Virus record (IMG/VR): IMGVR_UViG_3300044606_000023
Span: 1 to 27,121 of that record
Source: a virus
Lineage: Duplodnaviria; Caudoviricetes
DNA: 27,121 bases
Strand: one strand, 5' to 3'
Below are positions 9,579 through 18,096 of this stretch, in pieces. The notes under the pieces were generated by a model. That model searched no databases and was not told the origin of the DNA. It worked only from the letters and a program-made list of their open reading frames with translations. Both the position numbers and the translations under genes were made by a program. Each line of letters starts with the position of its first letter. Within the stretch, counting starts at the first letter, position 1.

Positions 9579-11843
9579 CTAGTACAAACGTGATGCTGTA
9601 GGTCTTGTATGAATTAACATAGCATTAAGTTGGAAATCAGATAATACATAATCTATGACTCTCATCTGTTCTTCTGTCCATGTTATATGGAACTGAACAG
9701 ATGCACCTTCATTCTGGAAGTACACCGGGTGCCATAATTGTTCTTGCCATGCTTCAATAGGTACTGTTGGATAAGGTGACAATTCTAACATACCAGTGCC
9801 CAATAATGATCCTGTTATGGAACCACCATCAACCAAAGGGCACTCAGAATAAGTAGGATAACATTCTACAAATAATTGTGGATCAAGATGATTAGGCCCT
9901 TGAGGTTCACTATTAACTAAGAAATCTACTTTATTAACACAAGTACTCGAACCTTCTTTAAGATAAAAATTGAACTGCTTAGTGAGTATATCTATCTTGC
10001 TTATTCGTGTTACAGTTCCTCCGCCTGTATATACATCAGCACCAAGATCAGGCATATCTTCAAGCGTAAACGTATCTTTAGTAAGTACGGTAACACTATA
10101 TATATGACCATTCATCTGAGTTATGCCGAAACAGTTCTCTATAAGAACATAACTATTTACAGGTAGATTATGATCTATAACTGTAAAGATACCGCCAGGA
10201 TTGGTAATATTAGTTATCTGCAATGCAGGGGCATTGCGTTTTCTATTAACATCAATAAAGAAAGTAAACCCTTCCTGATTGCCTGCTATAATAAGCTTAG
10301 GTAGATCAGCAAGCGCTCCTGAACCCCATGTATCAGTAGTTTCTTCCCATGTAGAACCCATAGACGCCCATGTAGCAGCATCATCAGCATAATAATAACC
10401 AAATGCTGTAATACTATCATCATTAAATGCCCATGAAGAGTTTCTATAATTATATACTAATATCCTATTAGGAAACTTATAGGTATCAAGAACCTGATAT
10501 GTAGGTGTTGATATAGCCCAATAGACCATCTCACTATAATAATCCCGTATTCCATAAACACGTTCAGGACCATTATTATCATTGTTAATCTTAAATACTT
10601 CGTCAGGTATAGAACTGTCTATACGTTCTACTTGGGTACCGTTACATGCATGAATGCCTACATTACCGACGCCAAGAACAACCTTATCAAAAGGTACTTG
10701 CGACATGGTAGATTTAGCACCAAGCTCTGTATTGATCTGTTGCCATGTAAACGGCAATATCTGGTTACCTGTGTAGACAAACTCCCAGGTACTTGATGAA
10801 AAATATACAATAAGTCTGTCACGTAGAAACTGTGCAGTCTTAATAGGCTCTTTGCATGGACAATCGATCCAACCGCCACGACCTGGTATATCTTCACGCC
10901 ACGCTATAACTTCAAGAGGTGCACCATCTTGCTCTACAGGAGAACCATTCTGGCACCAACGTGCTCTATTGAAGTATGTTACCTCGGCACCATTAATAGA
11001 TTCTACAGTATTGAACGCTACAAGATGGTCCTTAAAAGGTAATATAATACGTGCAGTTTTAAGGTAATTAACAGTACCCGTCTTACTCGTATAAAAAGTC
11101 CACTGCGCTGCCGTATTTCTACGCCAGAACCCAACTACTTGGTCATACCATGTAATACCATCAGCAGCATTATAGTTCGTAGTAAATAATAACGTATCGT
11201 TGGGATTATCACCTTGCCAATTGGTACTCCAAAAGAACTGATTATCATTGCCTGACCAATCCATTCCTCCAAGACGGTTCCACCCTCCTGCAACGTATTG
11301 ATAGGCATACTTTGTATCAAATGCATATGTAGGATTATCTATAGATTGACTTATTTGGTATTCTGCAAAGCCCATAACAGGTAATGAAGGATAAAAATAT
11401 ATCTGTGTATTAGGTATAGAACCTGTAAATATATAATGCCCTGTAGTCGTATCAAACCGCGCTACATCGCCAGCACTTGATAACATAAGAACATCGCCAG
11501 GCCCAGGTTGATATACCGTATAGATCTGATCACCTACAGAGAACATAGCCCCAACATCAAATGCAACACCTGGAGCTATACCATTAGGTACAAACCCATC
11601 AGCAACACCCAGACCATCAGTAGTACCATCAGCAGTAGGTATAGCTATACGTAATCGTGACCTTAAAGGTTGTAATACAGGATCTACCGATTCGTCCATA
11701 AGCCTAGATCCAAATCGTTTACGTACCCTCCCGCGAAATACATATGCATTATCAAGTTGCGCAAATGCATTGTCAGGTATCATAAACGGCTTGATATCAA
11801 GTTCTAAACCATGATCATATGGAGCTATAAGAAACTTATCCAT
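9579..11843 (-). CDS. Tail nozzle / DNA stabilization protein (P22 gp10 / T7 gp12-like) with FCCH-like insertion
   Basis: 754 aa, beta-rich. The N-terminus AFAQLDNAYVFRGRVRKRFG and the RILVYNY...SWA motif are typical of podovirus nozzles. An internal ITNIT..DHNL...GITQMNG...DTFTL domain is present. Confidence 0.75.
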   Translation of the reverse strand: MDKFLIAPYDHGLELDIKPFMIPDNAFAQLDNAYVFRGRVRKRFGSRLMDESVDPVLQPLRSRLRIAIPTADGTTDGLGVADGFVPNGIAPGVAFDVGAMFSVGDQIYTVYQPGPGDVLMLSSAGDVARFDTTTGHYIFTGSIPNTQIYFYPSLPVMGFAEYQISQSIDNPTYAFDTKYAYQYVAGGWNRLGGMDWSGNDNQFFWSTNWQGDNPNDTLLFTTNYNAADGITWYDQVVGFWRRNTAAQWTFYTSKTGTVNYLKTARIILPFKDHLVAFNTVESINGAEVTYFNRARWCQNGSPVEQDGAPLEVIAWREDIPGRGGWIDCPCKEPIKTAQFLRDRLIVYFSSSTWEFVYTGNQILPFTWQQINTELGAKSTMSQVPFDKVVLGVGNVGIHACNGTQVERIDSSIPDEVFKINNDNNGPERVYGIRDYYSEMVYWAISTPTYQVLDTYKFPNRILVYNYRNSSWAFNDDSITAFGYYYADDAATWASMGSTWEETTDTWGSGALADLPKLIIAGNQEGFTFFIDVNRKRNAPALQITNITNPGGIFTVIDHNLPVNSYVLIENCFGITQMNGHIYSVTVLTKDTFTLEDMPDLGADVYTGGGTVTRISKIDILTKQFNFYLKEGSSTCVNKVDFLVNSEPQGPNHLDPQLFVECYPTYSECPLVDGGSITGSLLGTGMLELSPYPTVPIEAWQEQLWHPVYFQNEGASVQFHITWTEEQMRVIDYVLSDFQLNAMLIHTRPTASRLY

Positions 11844-11844
11844 A

Positions 11845-12405
11845 TTATGCTCCTATGAGCATAAAACTGAACCAAGAATCATCTCTAACTGTTCCTGCAT
11901 AATTATACGTACCAACATAAAATTGTTGGCCAGGAAGATCAGGCCTTGTATATATAGCACAATGTGCAGGCGCTCCTGGTCCATTAAGAGAAGTAACGAA
12001 AGTACCATATACAGCAGCTAATGGAGTAGGGAATTTTACTTCTGTATCACCAACAGCGCTTCCTTGACGGTTGCCAAAACATAAAATAATGCCGCTTGGT
12101 AACTTAATAAAACGATTTCCTGTTACTGCATTAAATCCTAATGTGCTTATATCTAGATCAACACCAGCAAGATTATGATAGAGCAATGCTCCAGCAAGAT
12201 TATAGAATCCTATCTCACCAGCAGCAAAAGCAGGTGCAGGTTGTTGTACAAGGGTTATTTTTTTATGCTTACCTACATCAACGCCAATATCATATCCTAT
12301 ATGATCTATAGAGAACCCTGTATTGATAGTAGTAAAGTTATTGCGTATTAAAGGCTGCGTAGCATTAATCCTATTAGCAGCCAACGGCGTATCATAATAT
12401 GGCAT
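11845..12405 (-). CDS. Tail fibre/needle-like protein with gp53-like domain
   Basis: FIKLPSGIILCFG...VKFPTP motif typical of phage fibre C-terminal domains; SD AAGGAG. Confidence 0.6.
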   Translation of the reverse strand: MPYYDTPLAANRINATQPLIRNNFTTINTGFSIDHIGYDIGVDVGKHKKITLVQQPAPAFAAGEIGFYNLAGALLYHNLAGVDLDISTLGFNAVTGNRFIKLPSGIILCFGNRQGSAVGDTEVKFPTPLAAVYGTFVTSLNGPGAPAHCAIYTRPDLPGQQFYVGTYNYAGTVRDDSWFSFMLIGA

Positions 12406-12414
12406 ATTCTCTCC

Positions 12415-13443
12415 TTAGTACGGTGAATTAAAAAAGCCCCATCCGCCGTACGGCCAATTTGCGGAACCTTCAGTGTATACTGTAGCAACACGTTGATTAG
12501 AAAGCTGCATATTAGTCTTGCGTAAACACAAAAGTTCTTGTTTATGATATTCAGGTTCTAATAATGCTACACTCTCCATATCAAGACGTTCTTGTAATAT
12601 CTTACGTGCTGCTCCATAAGCTATATATTGAAACCATTGGTTAATATCAGGATGCTGTGTTGTATCAGTAGATAACAACTCAGTAGGTACTACAAACACA
12701 TCAAACGTAATAGGATATACTTGGTCAGGTATAGGCCGCACAGTAAATGTATCGTTATAAAAAAGTACAACTTGTGGCATAGCAGCTTGATAAGGAACTA
12801 CCTGATAGTTTATAGGTTGTCCTGCAAGAGGAGCAGCAGAAAAGGTTATGTTATAAGCACCCGTCAGGTAATTGATAGTATTAACACCAGCACCTACATC
12901 TCCTGTCATAGTACCTATCTGAGCGTCAGCAGGCACATCATGTAATTCAAGACCATAATAAGCAGGTCCTATACTGTTAAACAGTACATGGTTCTGCATA
13001 ATAGGAACACCTGGTGTCGTAGCACCTGTAGGCAACGTACCTGTAAAGGTAACAGTAGCCCCATCACCAAATCGACCTGTCTGGCCTATCTGAGATATAT
13101 TAGGATAGATATTAAAGAACTGCTCTCTTGATTGAGACAGCATCCTCCTCATACCTGCAATATACAAAGGCTCATGAACTGATACATATTTATTTTTAAA
13201 CTCATATAAAGCTGATGTAGGATCTACAAGATCAGTTGTATAGTCGCCGATATAAGGCCTGGTATAAAAGGTAAACGTTCGTTTGAGGTCAAATATGCGT
13301 AGATGTTGCGGCATATCATACATGTAGAATCTGTTTATATAATCATTAAGATCATCGTTAGTTAACTGTGCATTAGATGGAGCACGGACCAATCTTCGTA
13401 TGATTGTGTAGATGTTCTGTAATGTTGTGTAAGGCGCTGGCAT
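12415..13443 (-). CDS. Head-to-tail adaptor protein
   Basis: Helical N-terminus (TLQNIYTIIRRL...LNDYIN), RPIPDQVY and YIAYGAA motifs, and position between capsid and nozzle; SD AAGGAG. Confidence 0.65.
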   Translation of the reverse strand: MPAPYTTLQNIYTIIRRLVRAPSNAQLTNDDLNDYINRFYMYDMPQHLRIFDLKRTFTFYTRPYIGDYTTDLVDPTSALYEFKNKYVSVHEPLYIAGMRRMLSQSREQFFNIYPNISQIGQTGRFGDGATVTFTGTLPTGATTPGVPIMQNHVLFNSIGPAYYGLELHDVPADAQIGTMTGDVGAGVNTINYLTGAYNITFSAAPLAGQPINYQVVPYQAAMPQVVLFYNDTFTVRPIPDQVYPITFDVFVVPTELLSTDTTQHPDINQWFQYIAYGAARKILQERLDMESVALLEPEYHKQELLCLRKTNMQLSNQRVATVYTEGSANWPYGGWGFFNSPY

Positions 13444-13452
13444 ATACTCTCC

Positions 13453-13800
13453 TTAGTATGGAAGAACATTACGTGTAGCTTGAAACAAAAGTAAACTGTC
13501 TTGACCTACAGGAATAACCTGTGGACTTTGTAAAGCACCAGCTGCTATAAATGGTGTATAAAGGGTAGCATCTACGTTTATAGCAAACTGTGTAGGTGTA
13601 AGTACTTCTATAGTGCCAATCCAACCGTTAAGTTGGTCCATACCATATTCTTTAGGGATATCCAAACGGACAATAAGTCCTGTATAATAAAGGTGGTCAA
13701 ATGATGTAGCTATAATAGTAGGTTCTGTATTGGTAATACCTGCTATTTCACGCATCGCAGGTTGAAACATGGGATATTGTACAGGTGCTATTGGGCACAT
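13453..13800 (-). CDS. Structural protein, single FCCH-like beta domain
   Basis: IAGITN..P..I.T..DH...TG..VRL..P..YGMDQLNG....I.V.....F.I pattern. Confidence 0.65.
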   Translation of the reverse strand: MCPIAPVQYPMFQPAMREIAGITNTEPTIIATSFDHLYYTGLIVRLDIPKEYGMDQLNGWIGTIEVLTPTQFAINVDATLYTPFIAAGALQSPQVIPVGQDSLLLFQATRNVLPY

Positions 13801-13801
13801 A

Positions 13802-14227
13802 TTATTCTGCCTTAGTTACTTCTACAATATCTCGTGTCTCACCAAGATCATCAATATCTAAGAATTCTAAACTCTGGAACCCATAACGACGTACTTTACG
13901 TGCGATCTGCATACGTGTTCCATCAGGTGAGAATGCCCCAACAAGTCCAGGTTCTCCTTTAACATATTGATATTCAGGATACCAACCTGATTTATTAAGA
14001 TGCTTAGCTACGCCTAATGGTATTGTATAAACCTGTCCATCTGTTAAATTAAACGTCTCGATAGGGTCTTCTTTATAAGCTCTATAGCAAAAGCTTAACG
14101 TGCCTAAAGGTGCTTCATAATACCTAAATAGTCCTTTAACAGGTTCTCTGTCTTTATCACGTAAATATTTAAGATTGGGTTTCTGTTTCTTTTCTGATTT
14201 AAGCTCTGTATTCAATTGTGCTGCCAT
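13802..14227 (-). CDS. Hypothetical phage protein (head completion region)
   Basis: 141-aa ORF with SD AAGGAG, tightly packed with its neighbours. Confidence 0.7.
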   Translation of the reverse strand: MAAQLNTELKSEKKQKPNLKYLRDKDREPVKGLFRYYEAPLGTLSFCYRAYKEDPIETFNLTDGQVYTIPLGVAKHLNKSGWYPEYQYVKGEPGLVGAFSPDGTRMQIARKVRRYGFQSLEFLDIDDLGETRDIVEVTKAE

Positions 14228-14249
14228 AATACTACTCCTTAAGATACAA

Positions 14250-14265
14250 GGGGGCCGAAGCCCCC
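14250..14265 (-). terminator. C(UUCG)G hairpin terminator after the capsid/decoration genes
   Basis: Minus strand GGGGGC-TTCG-GCCCCC followed by TTGTATCTT; identical to 19649-19664. Confidence 0.7.
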
Positions 14266-14269
14266 ATTA

Positions 14270-15304
14270 TTACATACCGTAACTTGTGCCTGCATACCAG
14301 AAGATCTTTTCATTAACAAGACCGGCAGGACTTTGAGCACCTGGGGCAAGAATAAGGCCACGATAGGCGGTATTCTGTGTAGCATCAGTTAAAATGTCGT
14401 ATGGTGGTATAACACTTAATGCCTCTGCTGTATCCATACCTACAGGTACAACCATTGCAGGACTGAACGGTACAGCACCTGTCAATGGGAATGCAAATGC
14501 TGTAAATGCATTAACATCAATATCAACAATAATAGTATTGGTAGAGTTAGTATCATTCTCATTAATACGAACGATAGTACCTTCAAGACCATTAAGTTGG
14601 GTCATACCATACTGTGCAGGTACTACAAACCGTACTGTTTGCCCTACCTGATAACCATGAGTTACTGTCAAAGTAATCTGTGCTTTGGTTACATCAGTAG
14701 GCCATGCACGTACTTTGGAAATATAACGATGTTTAGGATACCAATAAGAATCATATGGGATACGTACATAACGTGCAGCGGCACCTGGTGCAGCAGCTGC
14801 TACGATCTGTGCCATATGAGCCAATTGGAAGTCATTAGCATTAACAGTACCAACAGTAAAATCAATACCATCAATCTGTAAAGCTCCAAGAGTATTATAC
14901 ATACGTACAATATCACCCGCAGCAAGTCCTGCAGCAGCACAACCTACGTCAGATACTACAGGTATAGCAGCGCCACTAATTGCTGTAGGAGTACGTGTAA
15001 GATTAGGTGTCTGAATAATAGAGGTATCTACAAGACGAATACCATTAACACCAAGTCTTAATGCAGAACGTATATTAACAGCTGTTGTACCTCCATTATA
15101 AAATGTAACAGAACAATCATTATTGATCATCCCATTCTGCCAAAAGAACTCAAAACCACGATCATTAGTACCTGCTCCAGCAACAGCAGACGATACAGTC
15201 GCATTAACAATCTTGATCCAAGATACACCTTGAGTAAAAGGCAATATCTTTGCAGATCCGTCAGATATAAACCATCCAGAATCTAATAATGTTCCAAAAG
15301 CCAT
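14270..15304 (-). CDS. Capsid decoration/minor capsid protein with FCCH-like domains
   Basis: 344 aa directly after the capsid gene, SD AAGGAG. Contains THGYQVGQTVRFVVP..YGMTQLNG and GLAAGDIVRM...GALQIDG. Confidence 0.65.
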   Translation of the reverse strand: MAFGTLLDSGWFISDGSAKILPFTQGVSWIKIVNATVSSAVAGAGTNDRGFEFFWQNGMINNDCSVTFYNGGTTAVNIRSALRLGVNGIRLVDTSIIQTPNLTRTPTAISGAAIPVVSDVGCAAAGLAAGDIVRMYNTLGALQIDGIDFTVGTVNANDFQLAHMAQIVAAAAPGAAARYVRIPYDSYWYPKHRYISKVRAWPTDVTKAQITLTVTHGYQVGQTVRFVVPAQYGMTQLNGLEGTIVRINENDTNSTNTIIVDIDVNAFTAFAFPLTGAVPFSPAMVVPVGMDTAEALSVIPPYDILTDATQNTAYRGLILAPGAQSPAGLVNEKIFWYAGTSYGM

Positions 15305-15314
15305 GATCTTCTCC

Positions 15315-17063
15315 TTATGCTACGGTTGCACGTAAGTTAAATAACCAAAGATCATTCAATAACCTTGGACAGGCTCCGAATTTATATCCAACTGTGCAAT
15401 TGAGAGCCAAAGGTCCATCATAGATAGCAGGTCTATAAATAAACGTTGCTGACATATGATCTTGCTCGATATACGCATAGGCTTCCATACCTGTTACAAA
15501 GGTATTATAGACCCTTGCCCCAGCAGCAGAAGCAGCTTCGGTATAAGAACCTTCAGAGGTTACAAAGAATCTCAAATTGCCAATAGATCCCCATTCTGAA
15601 CGGGCATTATTGGATTGAGATGGATAGTTATTCTTATGAATAAATCCCTGTACGTTAGATAACTGTGAAGTCATATTAGTATGAGTAAACGCAATGTAAC
15701 TGTCCCTGACCGGAGCTGTTCCAAAGCGATTCTCCCCTTCTATGTTATCTAAGATCGTATAGGCATTGTTAGACAACAAAGTAGTTGTAACCGCTTCGAC
15801 ATCTGACAAGGTGATTTCAGTTGGATTATCTCCATTTACACCACCTACGCAGTTGATCTGACCTGCTGTAGCAGCTAACATATCTCTGGTAAGTCTATCT
15901 TCTGTTAAACGAAGAGAAACACCAAGCCTTATTGCAGCCTCATTCAAAGGTGCATCTTGTGCCTGTAAAGTTCAATCTGTTACTTTTGTGACCTATTTCT
16001 AGGCGGGGAGTCTTGTTATTCCTCCCTCTATATATTTCTATATAGTCCCGACTATCGCTTCACCAATATTGGTGTCCACTCGCCTTAGTCTGTCAGCCTG
16101 TACATTCAATTTCTTTATGTTATAATGTAAGTATACATTTAACATGGAAGGTACCATATGAAACGTCTTAGTTATATACGTAAAGAATATCCGATTACTG
16201 ACATCGCCTACATGGCAGGAATTATTGATGGAGAAGGAAGTATATATATTGGAAACTTTAGTTCCAACCAACGAACAGGAACGCCGTATTATCAAACAAA
16301 TATAGAAGTTACTAACACAAGCGAAGATTTGATAAAATGGCTTCAAAACACATGGAACGGCTGTTCGTCTAAATATACTAGAAAGCAATTGCCTCATAAT
16401 TCCAGGAAAGATGTCTATAGATGGATAGCCCATGGAGAACTTGTTACACATATTTGTGAACTTATTTATCCATATTCTCAATGTAAGAAAAGAGAAATTG
16501 AAATAATGCTCAAAATGCGTGAAACATACAAGCAAACTGGCATGAAAAAAGGTGAAGGAGCATGCCCTTCTATTCCACAAAACATTCTCGATATTAGATT
16601 GTCTTTGTTTAATGAATTGCGAAGTTTGCATTGTCGTAATTATCTCCCTAAGGACTCTTGAACACTTGGCCCTTGTTGTCTTCGGCTTTACCCGGTAAGA
16701 GTTCCAAGTCAATCAGAGCGGATTTAAAGCAGGCAACGTTACATACCTGCTCGTTGAGTTGTATATACGTCAGTTCAACTCAACTGCTACGGCACGTTTA
16801 CCGTAGAAACTTATCTTTGCATCGATATCAACAGCAGTTAAAGCTTGAGAAGGCGGAGTGACTCCCCCATTCCCTAATGGAACGAGCGCTGCGTTTAATT
16901 GATTATAACGCCGTTGTCTGAGCGTATTGCCCCCATTAGCGGGCATTTTACGCTTTAATGCAGCCAAATTATGAATGAAATTTGGCGTAGGAACACTCAA
17001 TAACTTCGCATTGAACGACTGTTGCACTGGCGAAGGCAGAGTGCTTGTAGTTGTCATAGGCAT
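15315..17063 (-). CDS. Major capsid protein, N4-gp56 family, split into three exons: join(17063..16800, 16770..16745, 15972..15315), 315 aa
   Basis: ATG 17063 with SD GAGG. Exon lengths 264+26+658=948 nt are in frame, giving ...AVDIDAKISFYG|TYIQLNEQV|TLQAQDAPLNEAAIRLG... Family motifs include MPANGGNTL..RRY, EWGSIGNLRF and DGPLA...TVGYK. Confidence 0.9.
16118..16126 (+). promoter_or_regulatory. Extended -10 promoter (TGnTATAAT) for the intron endonuclease
   Basis: TGTTATAAT is a perfect extended -10 consensus, about 30 nt upstream of ATG 16158, with SD GGAAGG. Confidence 0.65.
16158..16661 (+). CDS. LAGLIDADG homing endonuclease (single motif), antisense within the intron
   Basis: DIAYMAGIIDGEGSI motif, IEVTNTS..LIKWL, VYRW and KKRE, all typical of the family. 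Confidence 0.9.
   Translation: MKRLSYIRKEYPITDIAYMAGIIDGEGSIYIGNFSSNQRTGTPYYQTNIEVTNTSEDLIKWLQNTWNGCSSKYTRKQLPHNSRKDVYRWIAHGELVTHICELIYPYSQCKKREIEIMLKMRETYKQTGMKKGEGACPSIPQNILDIRLSLFNELRSLHCRNYLPKDS
16745..16770 (-). other. 26-nt micro-exon 2 of the major capsid protein (TYIQLNEQ plus first 2 nt of V)
   Basis: ACG TAT ATA CAA CTC AAC GAG CAG GT restores the frame between exon 1 and exon 3. Confidence 0.85.
16771..16799 (-). mobile_element. 29-nt coreless group I-like mini-intron (candidate)
   Basis: AAACGUGCCGUAGCAGUUGAGUUGAACUG follows exon U and ends in G. GCCGUAG pairs with exon CUACGGU (U.G at the junction), and loop ACGU can pair with exon-2 ACGU. Precise removal restores the capsid frame. 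Confidence 0.75.
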
Positions 17064-17088
17064 GATTGCCTCATTACTATAAAAACAT

Positions 17089-17247
17089 ACTGTAGGACTA
17101 AGATTGGCGAGATCTATACAGTTGCGCCGAATATGAGTATGACGAATACTCAATTGCGTCTATATTCCTACTACGCTAAAGCTTCGTAGGGCCGAATGGA
17201 TACGGTGAGCGAATCCGTATATGATGTGTAATACATCATTGCGCTCA
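17089..17247 (-). ncRNA. Structured capsid leader with three tandem pseudoknot-like units
   Basis: AGCG-CAA, GACG-CAA and GGCG-CAA are each followed by a hairpin whose loop carries the matching UCGCU, UCGUC or UCGCC. Confidence 0.6.
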
Positions 17248-17336
17248 TATTCAGTATTAGTTAAAAGAACACAAAAAAACAAGTATCTTGGTAACACTAC
17301 GTAGAGGAACCTGTTACACTTAAATCAAGGATCTAT

Positions 17337-17630
17337 ATGACAGAAGAACAGATTAGATCGTGTCTTAAGAAACAGTTTCCAAAAGAGATAGAAGAGTGTA
17401 AGTTTTGTCCAACTATAGTAGGTAAACTTATACTTATGGCATTTGATAGTGAGACACTCAACATTGTTAACCAAAAACAATGTAAAGATTTTGAAGATTA
17501 TGTGCGAGAAGTATGCAGAATACAACAACCAGATTGGCTTATAACAGCATCTTTATCTAAACTTATGCGTATTGATATGTCCAAACCCAAAAATAACCGT
17601 TTTAAGACCGATTTTCCCTATCCTTGGTGA
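17337..17630 (+). CDS. Hypothetical protein
   Basis: 97-aa ORF with SD AAGGA; no recognised motif. Confidence 0.6.
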   Translation: MTEEQIRSCLKKQFPKEIEECKFCPTIVGKLILMAFDSETLNIVNQKQCKDFEDYVREVCRIQQPDWLITASLSKLMRIDMSKPKNNRFKTDFPYPW

Positions 17631-17633
17631 TAT

Positions 17634-17993
17634 ATGAAGAAACAAACACAACAAATGACCATATTTGATACATTCATACTCAAAAAAGAACCTACAAAGG
17701 TAAGCAAAGTTAAAGAAAAACCCGTAGACAATGCACACATCAAACGTAATGAACGTATGCTCAACGAAATAGATGACATTATATGCCAATATAAGATGCC
17801 TTTTAACTACTGTTCTAAATGTAACTGCTTACATAGTAACTTTGTACATAACGACTATATGACCGGCAAATCACCTATGACCATAGAAAGACTTTTTTCA
17901 ATCTCAAGCGCTGATAGGATCTCATGTTTGGCAAGTTTCGACGAAATAACACGAGAGGATATAAACTATCGTATAATGGGTCTTTTTAGATAG
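17634..17993 (+). CDS. Hypothetical protein with CxxCxxxH motif
   Basis: 119 aa, 3 nt after the previous stop; CSKCNCLH. Confidence 0.6.
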   Translation: MKKQTQQMTIFDTFILKKEPTKVSKVKEKPVDNAHIKRNERMLNEIDDIICQYKMPFNYCSKCNCLHSNFVHNDYMTGKSPMTIERLFSISSADRISCLASFDEITREDINYRIMGLFR

Positions 17994-18054
17994 CAGTTGA
18001 AGAAATGCCATTTTCAGTTATATTATCAAAGCTTCATTACTACTCTCCTTTTTT

Positions 18055-18091
18055 TCCTGCTCTATTTGTAATTAAATAGAGCAGGATTTTT
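18055..18091 (+). terminator. Intrinsic terminator between convergent genes
   Basis: TCCTGCTCTATTT-N6-AAATAGAGCAGGA 13-bp stem followed by TTTTT on the + strand. Confidence 0.7.
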
Positions 18092-18096
18092 GATGC

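Larger units (their letters stand above)
15973..16744 (-). mobile_element. Group I self-splicing intron (772 nt) in the capsid gene
   Basis: The 5' exon ends in U (AGCAGGU) and pairs with IGS GCCUGCU (16734-16728) through a U.G wobble; terminal G at 15973. Helices: P10 UGUAA-C-GUU with exon AAC-U-UUACA, P3 UCCGCUC (16722-16716)/GAGUGGA (16081-16075), P7 GACUA (16090-16086)/UAGUC (16054-16050), P8 hairpin 16061-16074, P9 with GAAA loop 16028-16045. Confidence 0.93.

Noticed and set aside
16038-16712. 224-aa minus-strand ORF inside the intron
   Set aside because: It is the antisense shadow of the LAGLIDADG gene, overlaps ribozyme core elements and has no protein-like motifs.
16771-16799. Ribosomal bypassing or programmed frameshift as the explanation for the 29-nt insert
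   Set aside because: There is no matched take-off/landing codon and no slippery heptamer, whereas P1, P10 and terminal G fit exactly. It is disfavoured, not excluded.
16770-17153. 127-aa ORF and the separate 210-aa ORF (15315-15947) as independent genes
   Set aside because: They are exon 1 (true start 17063) and most of exon 3 of one capsid gene.
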